From an uncultured Armatimonadetes bacterium (GTDB taxonomy: Bacteria > Armatimonadota > UBA5829 > DTJY01), in NCBI GenBank assembly GCA_963717145.1, contig OY970325.1:288001-352000 (forward strand): 64,000 bases of DNA, in the 5' to 3' direction. The notes beneath the pieces were generated by a model. The model did no database searches. It was not told where the DNA came from and was given only the letters and a program-made list of their open reading frames with translations. Below are positions 8,861 to 20,293 of this stretch, piece by piece (within the stretch, counting starts at the first letter, position 1; every line of letters begins with the position of its first letter). The position numbers were made by a program, and so were the translations under genes.

Positions 8861-9760
8861 TTGTCCAGACTAGATAACGTGTCCGGCATCATTCCACCGC
8901 TCATCACGCCGCTAACCGAAGACCGGAAGATCGACGAAGCGGGTCTGCGCAAAGTCACGCGCCACGTGCTCGATGGAGGCGTCCACGGCGTGTTCGTCAT
9001 GGGATCGAGCGGAGAGTTCCCGTTCTTCGACAGGGATGACCGTCGCCGGGTGATCGAGGTCGTGTTGGATGAAGTCGCGGGCAAGGTCCCGGTCTTCGCC
9101 GGCATCAGCGACTCCGGCACGGAACTGGCTGCTGGGAATGCGAGGGATGCCGAGTCCGCCGGCGCCGATGCCTTGGTCCTCACTATGCCATACTACTTCC
9201 CGGCGTTCAGCGATCAGGACATCCTTGTCCACTACCGCTATGTCGCCCAGGTCACCGGGCTGCCGCTCGTGCTGTACAACATCCCGCGCACGGTGAAGAC
9301 CATGATCGGCGTGGATGTGATCGCTCAGCTCGCGGAGGAGGGCACGATCCGCGCCACCAAGGACAGCTCGACGGATTTCAATCACTTTCAGAAGCTGCTG
9401 ATCCGCATGAGCGAGATGCCGGGCTTCCGTATCTTCCAGGGCAGTGAGTTCCAGGCGGCTGCGAGCATTCTCATGGGAGCGCACGGCTGCGTGCTCGGGA
9501 TCGCTAACATTGTGCCGGGTTTGTGCGTACAATTGTATGAGGCAGCGGTCCGTGGCGATTCCGCTCAGGCTCGCGAACTGCAGCGTCGGGTGACAGCCGT
9601 GTCACAGATATTCTGGGCCGGCGAGGCGCCGCTTCCGAGCCTCAAGATGGCGGCATCGATACTCGGCCTTTGTGCTCCGACGCTGCACCTGCCGATGCCG
9701 ACGATATCCGATGCCTCGAGGGACAAGATTCGCAAGATTCTGGAGAACAATGACGTATAG
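8861..9760 (+). CDS. DapA/NAL-family class I aldolase (KDG-aldolase-like)
   Basis: GIIPPLITP, MGSSGEF, LYNIP and Schiff-base KDSS motifs. TTG start after GAGGAG. Confidence 0.88.
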   Translation: MSRLDNVSGIIPPLITPLTEDRKIDEAGLRKVTRHVLDGGVHGVFVMGSSGEFPFFDRDDRRRVIEVVLDEVAGKVPVFAGISDSGTELAAGNARDAESAGADALVLTMPYYFPAFSDQDILVHYRYVAQVTGLPLVLYNIPRTVKTMIGVDVIAQLAEEGTIRATKDSSTDFNHFQKLLIRMSEMPGFRIFQGSEFQAAASILMGAHGCVLGIANIVPGLCVQLYEAAVRGDSAQARELQRRVTAVSQIFWAGEAPLPSLKMAASILGLCAPTLHLPMPTISDASRDKIRKILENNDV

Positions 9761-9765
9761 CGGCC

Positions 9766-9810
9766 CTGGATGCTGAATCAACTGGATGCTGAACTTGGTT
9801 CAGCATCCAG
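9766..9810. repeat. Short palindromic repeat CTGGATGCTGAA (two direct copies plus one inverted)
   Basis: ctggatgctgaa tcaa ctggatgctgaa cttgg ttcagcatccag. Confidence 0.7.
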
Positions 9811-9923
9811 TGGCCACCGCACTCCAGAGGGGGCTCCTACTGCGCACAGGCGATTCTCCCGAATATGCCTATTAGAGACAACTCCGGCTTGCCGGAAAAC
9901 ATACCTGCACACAGGAGGTCAAT

Positions 9924-12242
9924 ATGAACCCGACACGTTGGTTTGTCACGGCGATCATCGCACTCACATTTGTATTATCCGCGGTTGCTCATGCGGCCCA
10001 GCCGACCCCGCCGTTCCTCTGGGAGGCGGACTCGACCCTCGGTGGAATCGCCGGCAAGGCTGAACTCACCAGGTATCTGGACAACCTTCAGGCCCGAGGC
10101 GTCAACGGCGTCTGGGTCCAGGTCGAACTCTACTCCAACGGCACGGTCAACTACAAGAAGACCACCATGAGCGGCCTCCCGACGGCCGACAAGTTCAAGA
10201 CCGGCGAGTGGGCGAACGACGACTTCCTCAGCTACGTCATCGGCCAGGCGCGGAGTCGGGGGATGAGCGTCATGATCAAGTTCCACGGCAGCAATCACGC
10301 CGCATGGGACAAGAATCCCGACTGGCGCATGGTCGACAGCAATGGCAAGGAAGTCCTCTGGGGAGGCACGCTCAAGAACTTCTGCGTGAATGCTCCGTAC
10401 TGGGACAGCATCTTCTTCCCCATGATGAAGGAGATCGGCGCGGGCTATGACGTGGACGGTTTCTATCTCGACACCTGTCAGGTAGCCTATCCGAACGACG
10501 ACACCTGCTTCTGCGGATACTGCAAGGCCAGGTTCGAGAAGGAGACCGGCAAGAAACTCCCGCTGAAGTCGGTCGCGAAGGCGAACTGGACCGATCCTGC
10601 TGTCAAGGAATACGCCCTCAAGCGCGTCGAGTGGCTTAACGGCTTCTACGAGAAGTATGGCAAGGCTGTCGAGGAGTCGAAGCCGGGAGCCGCCTCGATG
10701 CTCAACGTCAGCGGCGCATACAACTCCTACGCCGATGGTGTCTCGGCCCGTCATGCTTCGAAGTACGTCACTTATGTTACCCCCGAGCCGGTGAACACCC
10801 CTCGAATGTACGCGGTCAGTCGGAACAAGGCGCTCAAGCAAGCCGGTGAGAAGCCCGCCAACGAAATGCAGTTTGCACGGACCGAGGTGGCCTACAACAT
10901 GACCCGGTTCGGCTACCTCGAGTTCCTGGTGAAGACGATGCGCGGCGAGGGCGCCGGCAAGCCGGTCATCCCGTTTGCCCGCCAGTGGTTCACCAACAAA
11001 GAGAGCGGATACACCGGCCCGGTGGACCTCGAGATCGCGCAGATCGAGGCCGCGCTCGGAGGGGGAGCGAAGGGATACTGCTTCTTCGGCTACCTCGGGA
11101 CGGCTCTCGAGACGTCTGAGACCTCGGGTACCGCCTGGGATAACCCGGAGTATATCGCCTATCTGAAGAGCATCACATCGGGAGACCATGCGAAGTGGCT
11201 TGCGGACATGCAGCCCGACTCACATGCTGCGATTCTGTACGACAGGGATGCCTCATTCTGGAATCGCGACTATTGGGACCAGTTCCGGAGCGTCGGCGGT
11301 CTCTATTCGCTGCTGCAGTACTGGCGCAAGGTCCCCATGGACCTGGTGTCATCAAGCGAGCCGAGCATCCCAGGCTTCGCGGCGACGGGCTACAAGCTTA
11401 CGGCAGATACCCTCAATAAGTACGATCTGATCATTGCTCCGGGCCTCGATTACGTTACCAGGGAGGACCTGGAGACGCTGAAAGCTTACGTCGATGGCGG
11501 CGGTCACCTCCTGATATTGGGAGCGATCGGCAGACATGGCAAGTTCCTCGGTGAGTCGATCAGCGACGACGCCTACAACATCCTCGGCATCACCACGGTG
11601 GGTGATCCCACGCCGTCGGGATTCCTTCGTCCGTTGTCGAAGCATCCCGCCTTTGCGGGGTTCACGCCCACAGGCATGTTCGGCACCTTCCGTATGTCCA
11701 ACGACAAGAACGCCTCCCTGACCTATGAGACCAAGCGCGGTGAGGGCTGGGAAGTGCTCGCGGACGAGGTAACTGATGCCGGGCGACGCGCATCGATCCT
11801 CAGCAGGCAGATCAGAGTCGAGGGAATCATCCGTCCGGCCTACATCACCTATATCAATAGCTCCGACGTAGCGGACTTCTCGGGCGACATGATGCTCACG
11901 CTCGCGAACTTGGCGACGATCACGGCGACAAAGAGCGCTGACATCCAGGCGACCGGTTTCAGCAAGACGTCGAGCATCAATATGTTCAAGTCGTCAGATG
12001 GCCTGGTGAGGTACATCCACATCTTCACGCTCGACGGCGAGAAAGGTGCCACTGCGGTTCTTCGCGGTGAAGGCTTGTACCCAATGTCCGCCGAGATCAT
12101 GCAGAACGGCCATGTCGAGCCCTTGGCAATGGATGTGAAACCGTCCGGGAATTGCAAGATCACGCTACCCGACCTCGAGCCGTACTACGCCATCATAAGG
12201 ATCCAATGTAGGCAGATGGAAAGGCCCGGCAGCAACGGGTAG
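9924..12242 (+). CDS. Secreted glycoside hydrolase-like protein (GHL6/GH42-like TIM barrel plus beta-galactosidase trimerisation-like domain)
   Basis: Signal peptide, NPDW, FCVNAPY, YDVDGFYLD, CFCGYCKARF and YDLIIAPG...YVDGGGHL motifs. Confidence 0.75.
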   Translation: MNPTRWFVTAIIALTFVLSAVAHAAQPTPPFLWEADSTLGGIAGKAELTRYLDNLQARGVNGVWVQVELYSNGTVNYKKTTMSGLPTADKFKTGEWANDDFLSYVIGQARSRGMSVMIKFHGSNHAAWDKNPDWRMVDSNGKEVLWGGTLKNFCVNAPYWDSIFFPMMKEIGAGYDVDGFYLDTCQVAYPNDDTCFCGYCKARFEKETGKKLPLKSVAKANWTDPAVKEYALKRVEWLNGFYEKYGKAVEESKPGAASMLNVSGAYNSYADGVSARHASKYVTYVTPEPVNTPRMYAVSRNKALKQAGEKPANEMQFARTEVAYNMTRFGYLEFLVKTMRGEGAGKPVIPFARQWFTNKESGYTGPVDLEIAQIEAALGGGAKGYCFFGYLGTALETSETSGTAWDNPEYIAYLKSITSGDHAKWLADMQPDSHAAILYDRDASFWNRDYWDQFRSVGGLYSLLQYWRKVPMDLVSSSEPSIPGFAATGYKLTADTLNKYDLIIAPGLDYVTREDLETLKAYVDGGGHLLILGAIGRHGKFLGESISDDAYNILGITTVGDPTPSGFLRPLSKHPAFAGFTPTGMFGTFRMSNDKNASLTYETKRGEGWEVLADEVTDAGRRASILSRQIRVEGIIRPAYITYINSSDVADFSGDMMLTLANLATITATKSADIQATGFSKTSSINMFKSSDGLVRYIHIFTLDGEKGATAVLRGEGLYPMSAEIMQNGHVEPLAMDVKPSGNCKITLPDLEPYYAIIRIQCRQMERPGSNG

Positions 12243-12270
12243 ATGACGGGCGTCCTCAATTGTCACTGCC

Positions 12271-12321
12271 AGGGCCGGAGTTGAACTCCGGCCCTAACAC
12301 AGGGCGTCCGAACGGACGCCC
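12271..12321. repeat. Two adjacent perfect hairpins (terminator/REP-like)
   Basis: agggccggagtt-g-aactccggccct and gggcgtccg-aa-cggacgccc. Confidence 0.6.
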
Positions 12322-12345
12322 GATTCATTTGCGGGAGGAAAGACC

Positions 12346-14544
12346 GTGAACTGGTACGAACGGCCGGTGAGAATGATGCGGCTGGATTACCTCGATGCCC
12401 TCGATCGGATGAAAGCCGCCAACCTCGATGAACTGGCGCGGACCAAACGAGAGGAGTGGCACATCAACTGCGAGTGGGTGATCGGGACGCCCGGCATCGC
12501 ACCCGGGATGGGCTATGTCACCACTTTCAACACCCCCAAGTTCGAGAAGTACGAGCCGCTCGGCGATTGGGACCTCATCCGGGAGTACCTGCCACACGCG
12601 CGGAAGTACGGCATCAGGGTGCTCGCTTACCTCAACATGCACTGGTTTGCATACGAGTTTGCCGATCAGCACGAGGGCTGGGAGCAACTCCTGGCGGACG
12701 GCACTCCCTACGGGCGCGTGAGCCCGCTCTACGGCGGCGGGACGACCCTTTGCGTGAACGGCGGATGGCGCGACTGGGCTCGGGACATGATCGTCGAGGT
12801 TATGAAGACCGGCATTGATGGGGTCTTCCTCGACGGGCCGGTTGTCTTCCCTGGAGGCTGCTACTGTGCCGACTGTCGCGAGCAGTTCCGCGCGGAGTAC
12901 GGGGGCGATGTCCCCGAGTCCGAGGACTGGACAAGCGATACCTGGAAGGACTTCATCGAGTTCCGCGAGGACTCGATGGCGCGGTTCCTGGCCGACTGCC
13001 GGGAGTCGATGCGGTCGGTCAACCCCGAGGGCGTGATCTTCCTGAACGGTGGGAGTTGGCACGCAGGCGGATGGAGAGTGGCACGGGACATCGAGAAGGT
13101 CGGCGACCACGAGGATTTCAACGGCGCGGAGGCGTTCTTTCATCCCGGTCCGAGGCAGCATGTCCTGCACTTCTGGGCCACCGCCGCAAAGCATCTGATG
13201 GCCGGTGGGAAGCCCGCGGTCGTGTTCAGCCACCACGCGCTCGGCTCGTGGCACTACATCCCGCTGCCGCCCGTCGAAACCGAACTGGCGATCGCACAGA
13301 CCGTTGCATGTGGGGCGAATCCCTGGTTCGCGGTGTTCGACTACTCGCTCGATCACAGCCGCGAGCTGGCCCTCGCTCCCATCAGAAGGATTCAGGGCTT
13401 CCTGGAGCGCCACGAGGAGTACTACACGGCCACTGAGTCCGCCGCCGATGTCGCGCTTCTCTTCTCACGCCAGGGCTCGACGTTCTACATCTCGCACGAG
13501 GATGAGATATACGGCGACCTCGGCAGCGGCAAAGAGCAGGATCTGATCGCCGACCTCGGCACCGGCAAGAAGATCGTCGACTGGAAGCGCCGGAAGCAGG
13601 TCTGCGACGAGATGTGCGGCAACTCCTACCTCGGCTACTTCACTGCCCTCACTCGATCCCATGTGCCATTCGATGTGGTCCTCGATAAGGACCTCTCCGA
13701 TGACGGCCTCGCCCGCTTCAAGATGCTGATCCTCCCGAACGCCGCGTGTCTCTCGGACGATCAGGTGTCCGCGATCAGGCGATTCGTCGAGTCGGGCGGG
13801 GGACTCGTCGCCGATTTCGAGACCGGCCTCTACGACGAGCGCGGCCACAAGCGAGAGAGCAATCCGCTCGCCGATCTCCTCGGCGTCGCCGAGTACTCCG
13901 GCGCGATGATCCCCTCGGTCGCGGAGGAATACGTCAAGGTCAAAGAGACGCATCCGACCGTGAAGCAGTTCGGCGTCGGGCAGTTGGTCGCCCGCCCTCA
14001 GTACTGCCTCCAGGTGAGGAGGAGTGATGGTGTGGGAGCGCCGATCGTGTTCATGGAACGGATTGGCAGGCTGTATTCCGGCTTGAAGGGCGAGACGGAT
14101 GCCCCGGCGCTGATCACGAACTGCGTCGGCGAGGGCAGAGTCGCGTACATGCCGGGCCTCATCGGCGACTTCTATGCCAAGTACAAGATGAGCGAATACC
14201 AGTCGCTGATCACCGATTCGGTCCTCTGGGCGCGGGGCGACTCGCCGCTTCCATTCGAGGTCGAATGCCCGGCGACCGTCGAGGTCGAGATCCGTCGGCA
14301 GTCCGATCCCGAGAGGCTGCTCATCCATTTCGTCAACAACACCGGGGACATGCAGCGGCCGCTGCAGGAGATCATCCCGCTGCAGGACATTCGGGTGAAG
14401 GTTCCCGTAACTGGCGACTGGACCGTGAGCGCCGAAGTCCTCGCGCTGGATCTTGAATACGACGAGGTCGATGGGGGTATAGAGTTCGAGTTACCGAAAC
14501 TGGACCTGTATGAGCTGGTGGTGCTCGAGGAGTTCCATGGTTGA
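12346..14544 (+). CDS. GHL6/GH42-like glycoside hydrolase with trimerisation domain (no signal peptide)
   Basis: GIRVLAY, LCVNG, GIDGVFLD, CYCADCREQF, LILPNAACLSD...FVESGGGLVA and LLIHFVN motifs. GTG start after GGAGG. Confidence 0.8.
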   Translation: MNWYERPVRMMRLDYLDALDRMKAANLDELARTKREEWHINCEWVIGTPGIAPGMGYVTTFNTPKFEKYEPLGDWDLIREYLPHARKYGIRVLAYLNMHWFAYEFADQHEGWEQLLADGTPYGRVSPLYGGGTTLCVNGGWRDWARDMIVEVMKTGIDGVFLDGPVVFPGGCYCADCREQFRAEYGGDVPESEDWTSDTWKDFIEFREDSMARFLADCRESMRSVNPEGVIFLNGGSWHAGGWRVARDIEKVGDHEDFNGAEAFFHPGPRQHVLHFWATAAKHLMAGGKPAVVFSHHALGSWHYIPLPPVETELAIAQTVACGANPWFAVFDYSLDHSRELALAPIRRIQGFLERHEEYYTATESAADVALLFSRQGSTFYISHEDEIYGDLGSGKEQDLIADLGTGKKIVDWKRRKQVCDEMCGNSYLGYFTALTRSHVPFDVVLDKDLSDDGLARFKMLILPNAACLSDDQVSAIRRFVESGGGLVADFETGLYDERGHKRESNPLADLLGVAEYSGAMIPSVAEEYVKVKETHPTVKQFGVGQLVARPQYCLQVRRSDGVGAPIVFMERIGRLYSGLKGETDAPALITNCVGEGRVAYMPGLIGDFYAKYKMSEYQSLITDSVLWARGDSPLPFEVECPATVEVEIRRQSDPERLLIHFVNNTGDMQRPLQEIIPLQDIRVKVPVTGDWTVSAEVLALDLEYDEVDGGIEFELPKLDLYELVVLEEFHG

Positions 14545-15537
14545 CGATCACAAATACAGCCTGAACCGCACGGTGGCCTATCGCCATCCCGACCCCGCGC
14601 ACGATCCCGCTGTGTACGGGCCGGGCGGCCCGGATCGCACCAGTGGCATCATCATTGATGTGGGCCTGATCGACGATGATGAGCCCTGGTGGCAGTACAC
14701 GATCAGGAACGCATTCTCCGACGAGGTCCGTCAGGTTCGCGAGTCGGAGATCTTCATGGTGCGGATCAGGAATACCTGGACCTCCGCCGGCGCGATGGAA
14801 TTGCGTGGCGGATCGAGCCCTCCGATTCCGCGGCAGGAGAGTTCTGGCAGGGCGCGCTGAAGCAGTTCATCCGCGACGAGATTCCGAAGCTCCTGCAGCG
14901 AGAGGAAGAGGACGAACGCACTCGGAACGAGGGGCGGGACCTTCGCCTGGCCGAGGGAGACTACATCAAGGTCCGCGGCGACCTGAGATCGGAGTCGGCC
15001 CCGATCCACAATCTCTACGCCAGAGTGCTGTCGGTTTCGGCCTCGCAGACCGAGACGCTCACCATGCCTGAAGGGCCTCACAGGCTGCGGGCGGCTTACC
15101 ATGTGCTCCTGGAAGATAGTTCCGAGGCGGACATCTACGATGTCGAGGTCAAAGTCGCCTACACGACCCACGGCCGTTCAACGGTGCTCAACTGGAGGGC
15201 GGCGACCTTCCTGGCAGAGGCCTTCGGCGACGATCCGCCATATGATCTCCAGCTCGACTATCTGAACAACCATGTCTTCACGCGCGAGGAGTTGGATGGA
15301 CTTTGTGCCCACGAGTTGGCCGATCTGCTCGCGGGGATTCTCTACGTAAAGGGTCAGATCACGTGGGATGAGGTCCCCGCCAAGCAGGAGTCGCTCGCGG
15401 GCTCGCCTGATACGTATCTGCGCGATCAGGTCCTGGCGAACTCGCGATTCGACATGGAGCGGAACCGCCCATTGACCGCCGAGGAGATCGCACAGGTGCG
15501 CACCGAAGACCGGCGGCTCAGGGATTTGATCGAGTAG
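14537..15537 (+). CDS. Hypothetical protein, probably one gene split by a frameshift near 14760-14800
   Basis: ATG 14537 has a GAGGAG RBS and overlaps the upstream stop. Protein-like sequence switches from the 14510..14860 frame to the 14689..15537 frame. Confidence 0.5.
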
Positions 15538-15557
15538 CGGCCCTTGGGGTTCTTCCT

Positions 15558-15702
15558 TGAAAATGCTGGTTCGGGCGGATCTGTAATCCAGCCCGCATTG
15601 GCAATCTGGGGATCTGTGATCCCGCGGCGTCCCGGATGGCATCACAGATGCCCGTTTGCCACCGGGTGCTGGATGACAGATCCGCACCAACCAGCATTTT
15701 CA
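15558..15702. repeat. ~145-bp imperfect palindrome, MITE-like
   Basis: 14-bp perfect terminal IR TGAAAATGCTGGTT/AACCAGCATTTTCA with nested complementary blocks (gcggatctgt/acagatccgc, atccagc/gctggat, atctgtgat/atcacagat). Confidence 0.75.
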
Positions 15703-15772
15703 TCCGCTGTTGCGAAACTAAGGGGCGGGAGTCCAACTCCCGCCCCAACGAATGTCCAGAGTCCAGGTCTTC

Positions 15773-18700
15773 CTACTCCACCTTCACCGTTACCTTGGTG
15801 GATGCCGCGTTGCCGGCCTGATCGACCGCCTTCACCTCCACGGTATGGTTGCCCTTCGAGAGAGGCTGCGTCGTCAGCGTGAAGTTCTCGAACGTCGAGT
15901 CAAAGATACCATCAGTCGGTGCGGCCGCAGCCCAGTCCCCTGAATCGACCTTGTACTGGACGCCCGCCAGTCCTACGAGGTTGTGGTAGGCGGCTCCCTC
16001 GATCCGAGCGCTGTTGTCCGCGAGGATCGTGATCGTTTTCTTGAACGCGACGACTCGCGGCGTCTGGTTGCTCACCACCAGCGGGTCGGAGATCGCCTCG
16101 CCGGTCATCGCATCGGTCGGGTTGCTCGTCCTGTCGGAAGCCACTACCTTCACAACGTACCTGCCATCCGGGTACTTGGTCGTGTCCCAGGTCAGGCTTG
16201 TCGATTTTGTCCCGTTGCTCGCAGGCTTCGCGGCGGGCTCGGTCTTCGGCTGCTCTATCGGCTTCGCGGGCGCAGCTTCGGTTTTGGCCTTCTCGATCAT
16301 CTGCGGCGCTTCGGCCATGATCTTGTCCTTCACATCCTGAGGGATCTCCGGATGCTGGTCCAACTCAGAGGCCATCTGAGCAATGACCTCGTCCGGATTC
16401 GTCAAGTCGATCTTCACCGCTTGATCGGCGGGAGCGGCCGCCGGTGGCTCTTCAGCAGGAGTCGCCTCCTCGGTCGGGCTGGTCTCGCTGGGCTTGGCGA
16501 CGGCGGGCTTCGCGGTGCTTTCGAGCGGTTTCCAGGTCTGGCCACTGTCGCCGGAGTAGAAAACCTCGTAGGTGAGATTGTCCTTGTCAGGATCCGTTCC
16601 GGCCCACTTGACTGTCTTGGTCCTGGCCCACTTCTCACCGCCCTTGGGACTCGCCAGGGTTACTTTGGGAGTCTGATTCTGCGTCAGATAGACGAGGCTG
16701 ACATCCTTGACCACCGGGCTGACCGACGGTATCCTCGGTGCTCAGCGTCGCCAGGTATTGCACGTACCTCCCCGGCGCGCTGACGATCGGCGTGTCCGAA
16801 GCCGCATAGGGTTCCGACCAGCCGCTCCATGAGGAATCGGGCTCGGCGACATCTCCCGTGCGGGTCTGAAGGGTCAATGACGTTCCCTTCGGAAGATCAG
16901 CGGTCCAACCGATCATGCCCCACTTGGACGACACCTTGCAGTCGTGGACCAGGGACTCGTATGTGCCTTTGAGGGATGTGCCCTCGGCGGCGGTGTAGAT
17001 GGAGCCGATGTTCCCCGTCCCGGCGTAGATCTTGCCGTCAGTTGATGCCAGGCACAGGAACTGCAGGTCGTCGTTGTTCTGGATCGCGGCGACGGTGTCG
17101 TCCTTCATCAGCCTGAAGATGGTGCTTGCGTTTGTGGCGTAGATGCTACCGTCTTTGCACGCCGTCATGCTCAGAATGCCTGATCCTGCCTTGTCATAGA
17201 CCACCTTGGGGGCGGTTTTCGGAGCGAGTCTGTAGACGACTCCCTTGGGCGCAGTTCCGGCATACAGGTTGCCCTCATTATCGACAGCCAACGCCGCGAT
17301 GGACGGCTCGGCCGCATCGTAAAGCACGCGGGTCTTGCCATCCGGAGTCACCTTGTAGAGGATACCATTCTGTCCCGTACCGATGTAGACATTGTCATCC
17401 TTATCGACCGCCAGCGAGAGCGCATTCGACTCGGAGGAGTCGATGATCACGTCGGCCTTGCCGTCGGGCGCGATCTTGTAGACCTTGCACTTGTCGCCGG
17501 CCGCAGCGTAGACGTTGTCCTTGCTGTCGGTCTTCAGCGAGACGATGTACTTCTCGTCGGCGTCGAAGAAGACGCTCCCGGCGCCACCAGGCATGATCTT
17601 GTAGATGATCCCGTTCGGCGATGTGCCCGCATAGACGTTGCCCGTGGAGTCCTTTGCCAGGGAATGGATCTCCAACTCGGGCGAGTCATACAGGGCGGAC
17701 GACTTACCGTCGGCGACGACCTTGTAGACGATGCCGTGGTTCCCGGTACCTGCATAGACGCCTCCATCACCGGCCGGAAGCATGCACCAGATGTAGGTCT
17801 CCGGAGACTCGTAGAGCGGCTTGAGCGAGCCGCCCAGCATAAAGGCATCTTTGGTCGTTGCGACCGTGTTCTCCAGAGTGCCGAGAGTGAACTCAGTCCT
17901 GGATGTCTGTTTCCAGACCGTCGGCGCTCTACCGATCGCCTTCTCGTCGGGCTTCGGCTTGGCCTCCGGTTTCTTCCCGGTAGTCACAGTCTCGTCAGTC
18001 GAGGCGCTCTCATCCGTTCCGGCAGACTCATCCGAGCTGTCCGCCGTCGCCGATGAGGGATCCGCGGAAAACTCGCTGATCACCGCCATCGCTGTGAACT
18101 GCTCGGAAGCTGCTCCTGCAGGCGTCAGTTCGTCCGGCATTGCGTTCATTTCCTCGGATGAGGGATCGCCGCCGGTCTCGTCTGCGGTAGGGTCTCCTCC
18201 CGAGGTGTCCATGGATGGGTCCGGTCCGCCGGAGCTTGATCCGGCGGTAGGCTTCTCGGCCTTGTTCTTGCGCTCGACGGTTATCATCAACTGCTGCTGG
18301 CCCATGACGACCCACTCGGTCGGGACGACTTGCTTGACTTCCTCGCGCTCGCTTCCGAGTGTTGTGGCCTTCGCCGATCTCATCGCCTCGGAGATAGTCG
18401 GTGGCAGTCCGGAAAGCTTCTCGCCTGCGATAGAAATGGCTGACATCGGCAGTACGACTTTCGCCACCAGTTCGTTGTTCTTCTCGCGTTCGAGAAGCTT
18501 CTTGATGAGCTGCTGGACGTTCTCGATGGTGGGGGACGAACTCCCGCTCATACCGCCTCCCGATTCCATCGACGGCGACTCCATACCCATCGGGCCGGAC
18601 CCCGGCGTTCATGCCGCGAACCATCAGCGGCATGCGTCCGGTCGGCATGTCTTTGGGGAGCTTGAGGCTGACCGTCCTTGTGACCGGATCGGCCTTGAAC

Positions 18701-20154
18701 GGCTTTATGACGATGCCCACGTCAATCGTGTCGCCCGGCGCGAACTTGCTTTCCTTCACAAAGATACGCTGGATCTGAGCGGTCTGGTGCTTCGGCGTAA
18801 TCTCGACCGTGACATCGACCTTCTTCACTCCGATGGGGTAGAACCTGTTGTTCTGGAGCGCCATGAGTATCTGCTGCAGGTCGCCGGTGGCGGCCATGTC
18901 GATCATCACCGGATCGAAAAAGGTGTTCTCCCGCACGATGCTGCCGATCTCATCGGCAACGACTTCGGTCCTCACCTTGGCGGTTGCATCATCGGGGCTC
19001 CCGCGCATCTCGAAGATCGCCTCCGTGGTCGCTCCGACTATCATGCTGCTGGAGAAAAGCGGGTGGTTTATCACCTGGACATTGAAGTCTTTCTTCAGGT
19101 CGCGGGACTTGTCGTCGACGTGGATCGTTACCGGAATCATCTTCGGAGCGGTACCGATCTCGCCGGCGATGCTCCAGGGGCGGTCCTGGAATACACGGCC
19201 GACCGTCCTGATCGGAGAGGCTATCTTGCTGGAGATCATAACGCTGGGGAAGACCTCGTGCACGTAGGCGGTCGTCATCGGCGCATCGAGCGGCCCCATG
19301 CCGTTCATGAACGGACTGGAAATCATCGGGTGACCGAACGCGAGTATCCTGTTTCCCCTGCGGTAAGTTATCGTGCCGACTCCTGTGATGTCGAGATCGC
19401 CCGTGACCAGCGACAGACCCACCGCCGCGCCCGGCACCAGTTCGACGTTGAGGTTCGCCTTGTCAGCGGGAACGCCGGCGCCCGCGACCGGCACCATGTT
19501 CAACGGCTTGAGCTGTTCGGCCAGCACGGACATCATCCGCGGCGACATCCCCCGCACCGCAAGGGGCATGGCGAGTGGCCGGAATACCAGGGTGCCGCTA
19601 TCGTAACTCTGGCTGCCGTCATCTATCGCGACCTTGCTGAACAACCGGCCGGCGAGCGGTATCGGCTTATCGAGGTTGGTGGCGTCGAGCTGGTAGAAGG
19701 TCGATGGCGTCGATGGCAGGGACGGATCCCAGGCTTCCAGCATGTGCTCGATCGGGGTGACCATCCCGATCGGCTCTTTGATGAATGCCTCACCATAGGC
19801 GAACGCGCCGAGCAGCTTGCCGTTGACATAGACCGGGCTCCCGCTCATTCCCTGGATCAGGTTGGCGCCGCGCTCCGTGATCGGGCCGCCCTTCATCTTT
19901 ACAAGGATGAGGCTCTTGCCGAAGTTCATCTTCTCCATTACGCTGAGCACTTCGACTTCGAACGTCTCGATCTTCGTGCCGCGGAAGACGGTCTTGCCGT
20001 AGCCCTTCATGCCAGGCTTGACGTCCTTGACGAGCATGATGTTCTTCAGGTCCTGCGGATCTATCTTTCGCTCCGGTGTCTTGCTCGTCGCAGCGCAGGC
20101 GATTCCGGCCAGCCAGACCAGCATGAGAGCAATTGCTAAGCGCCGATTCAACAT
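15773..20154 (-). CDS. Secreted SpoIVB peptidase S55-domain protein fused to a beta-propeller and C-terminal Ig/FN3-like domains (two frameshifts, ~18600 and ~16730)
   Basis: Signal peptide, GMKGYGKTVF, QGMSGSPVY and LAFGHP (S55) motifs. Repeated GNVYAGT...GIVYKV blades. ORFs 18028..20154, 16635..18590 and 15773..16714 join with single-base shifts. Confidence 0.78.
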
Positions 20155-20219
20155 GTAAGGCCCCTTTCGGTGACGAAAAAAGGTGTGAGCGGAATCCCGG
20201 GAGTCCGCCCACTGGATTA

Positions 20220-20284
20220 TTTATAGCATTCATCGTGGCAGCATGTCAAGCGCATTTGACACCCCGTTGGCGCCGTGATAGACT
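20220..20284. promoter_or_regulatory. Divergent sigma-70 promoter pair
   Basis: Plus strand: TTGACA(20256)-17-TAGACT. Minus strand: TTGACA(20249)-18-TATAAA with an extended TG. Confidence 0.6.
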
Positions 20285-20293
20285 GCCTGCGAG

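Noticed and set aside
8861-9760. True dihydrodipicolinate synthase dapA
   Set aside because: It has GSSGE instead of GTTGE, the Arg after YNxP is misplaced, and the context is catabolic.
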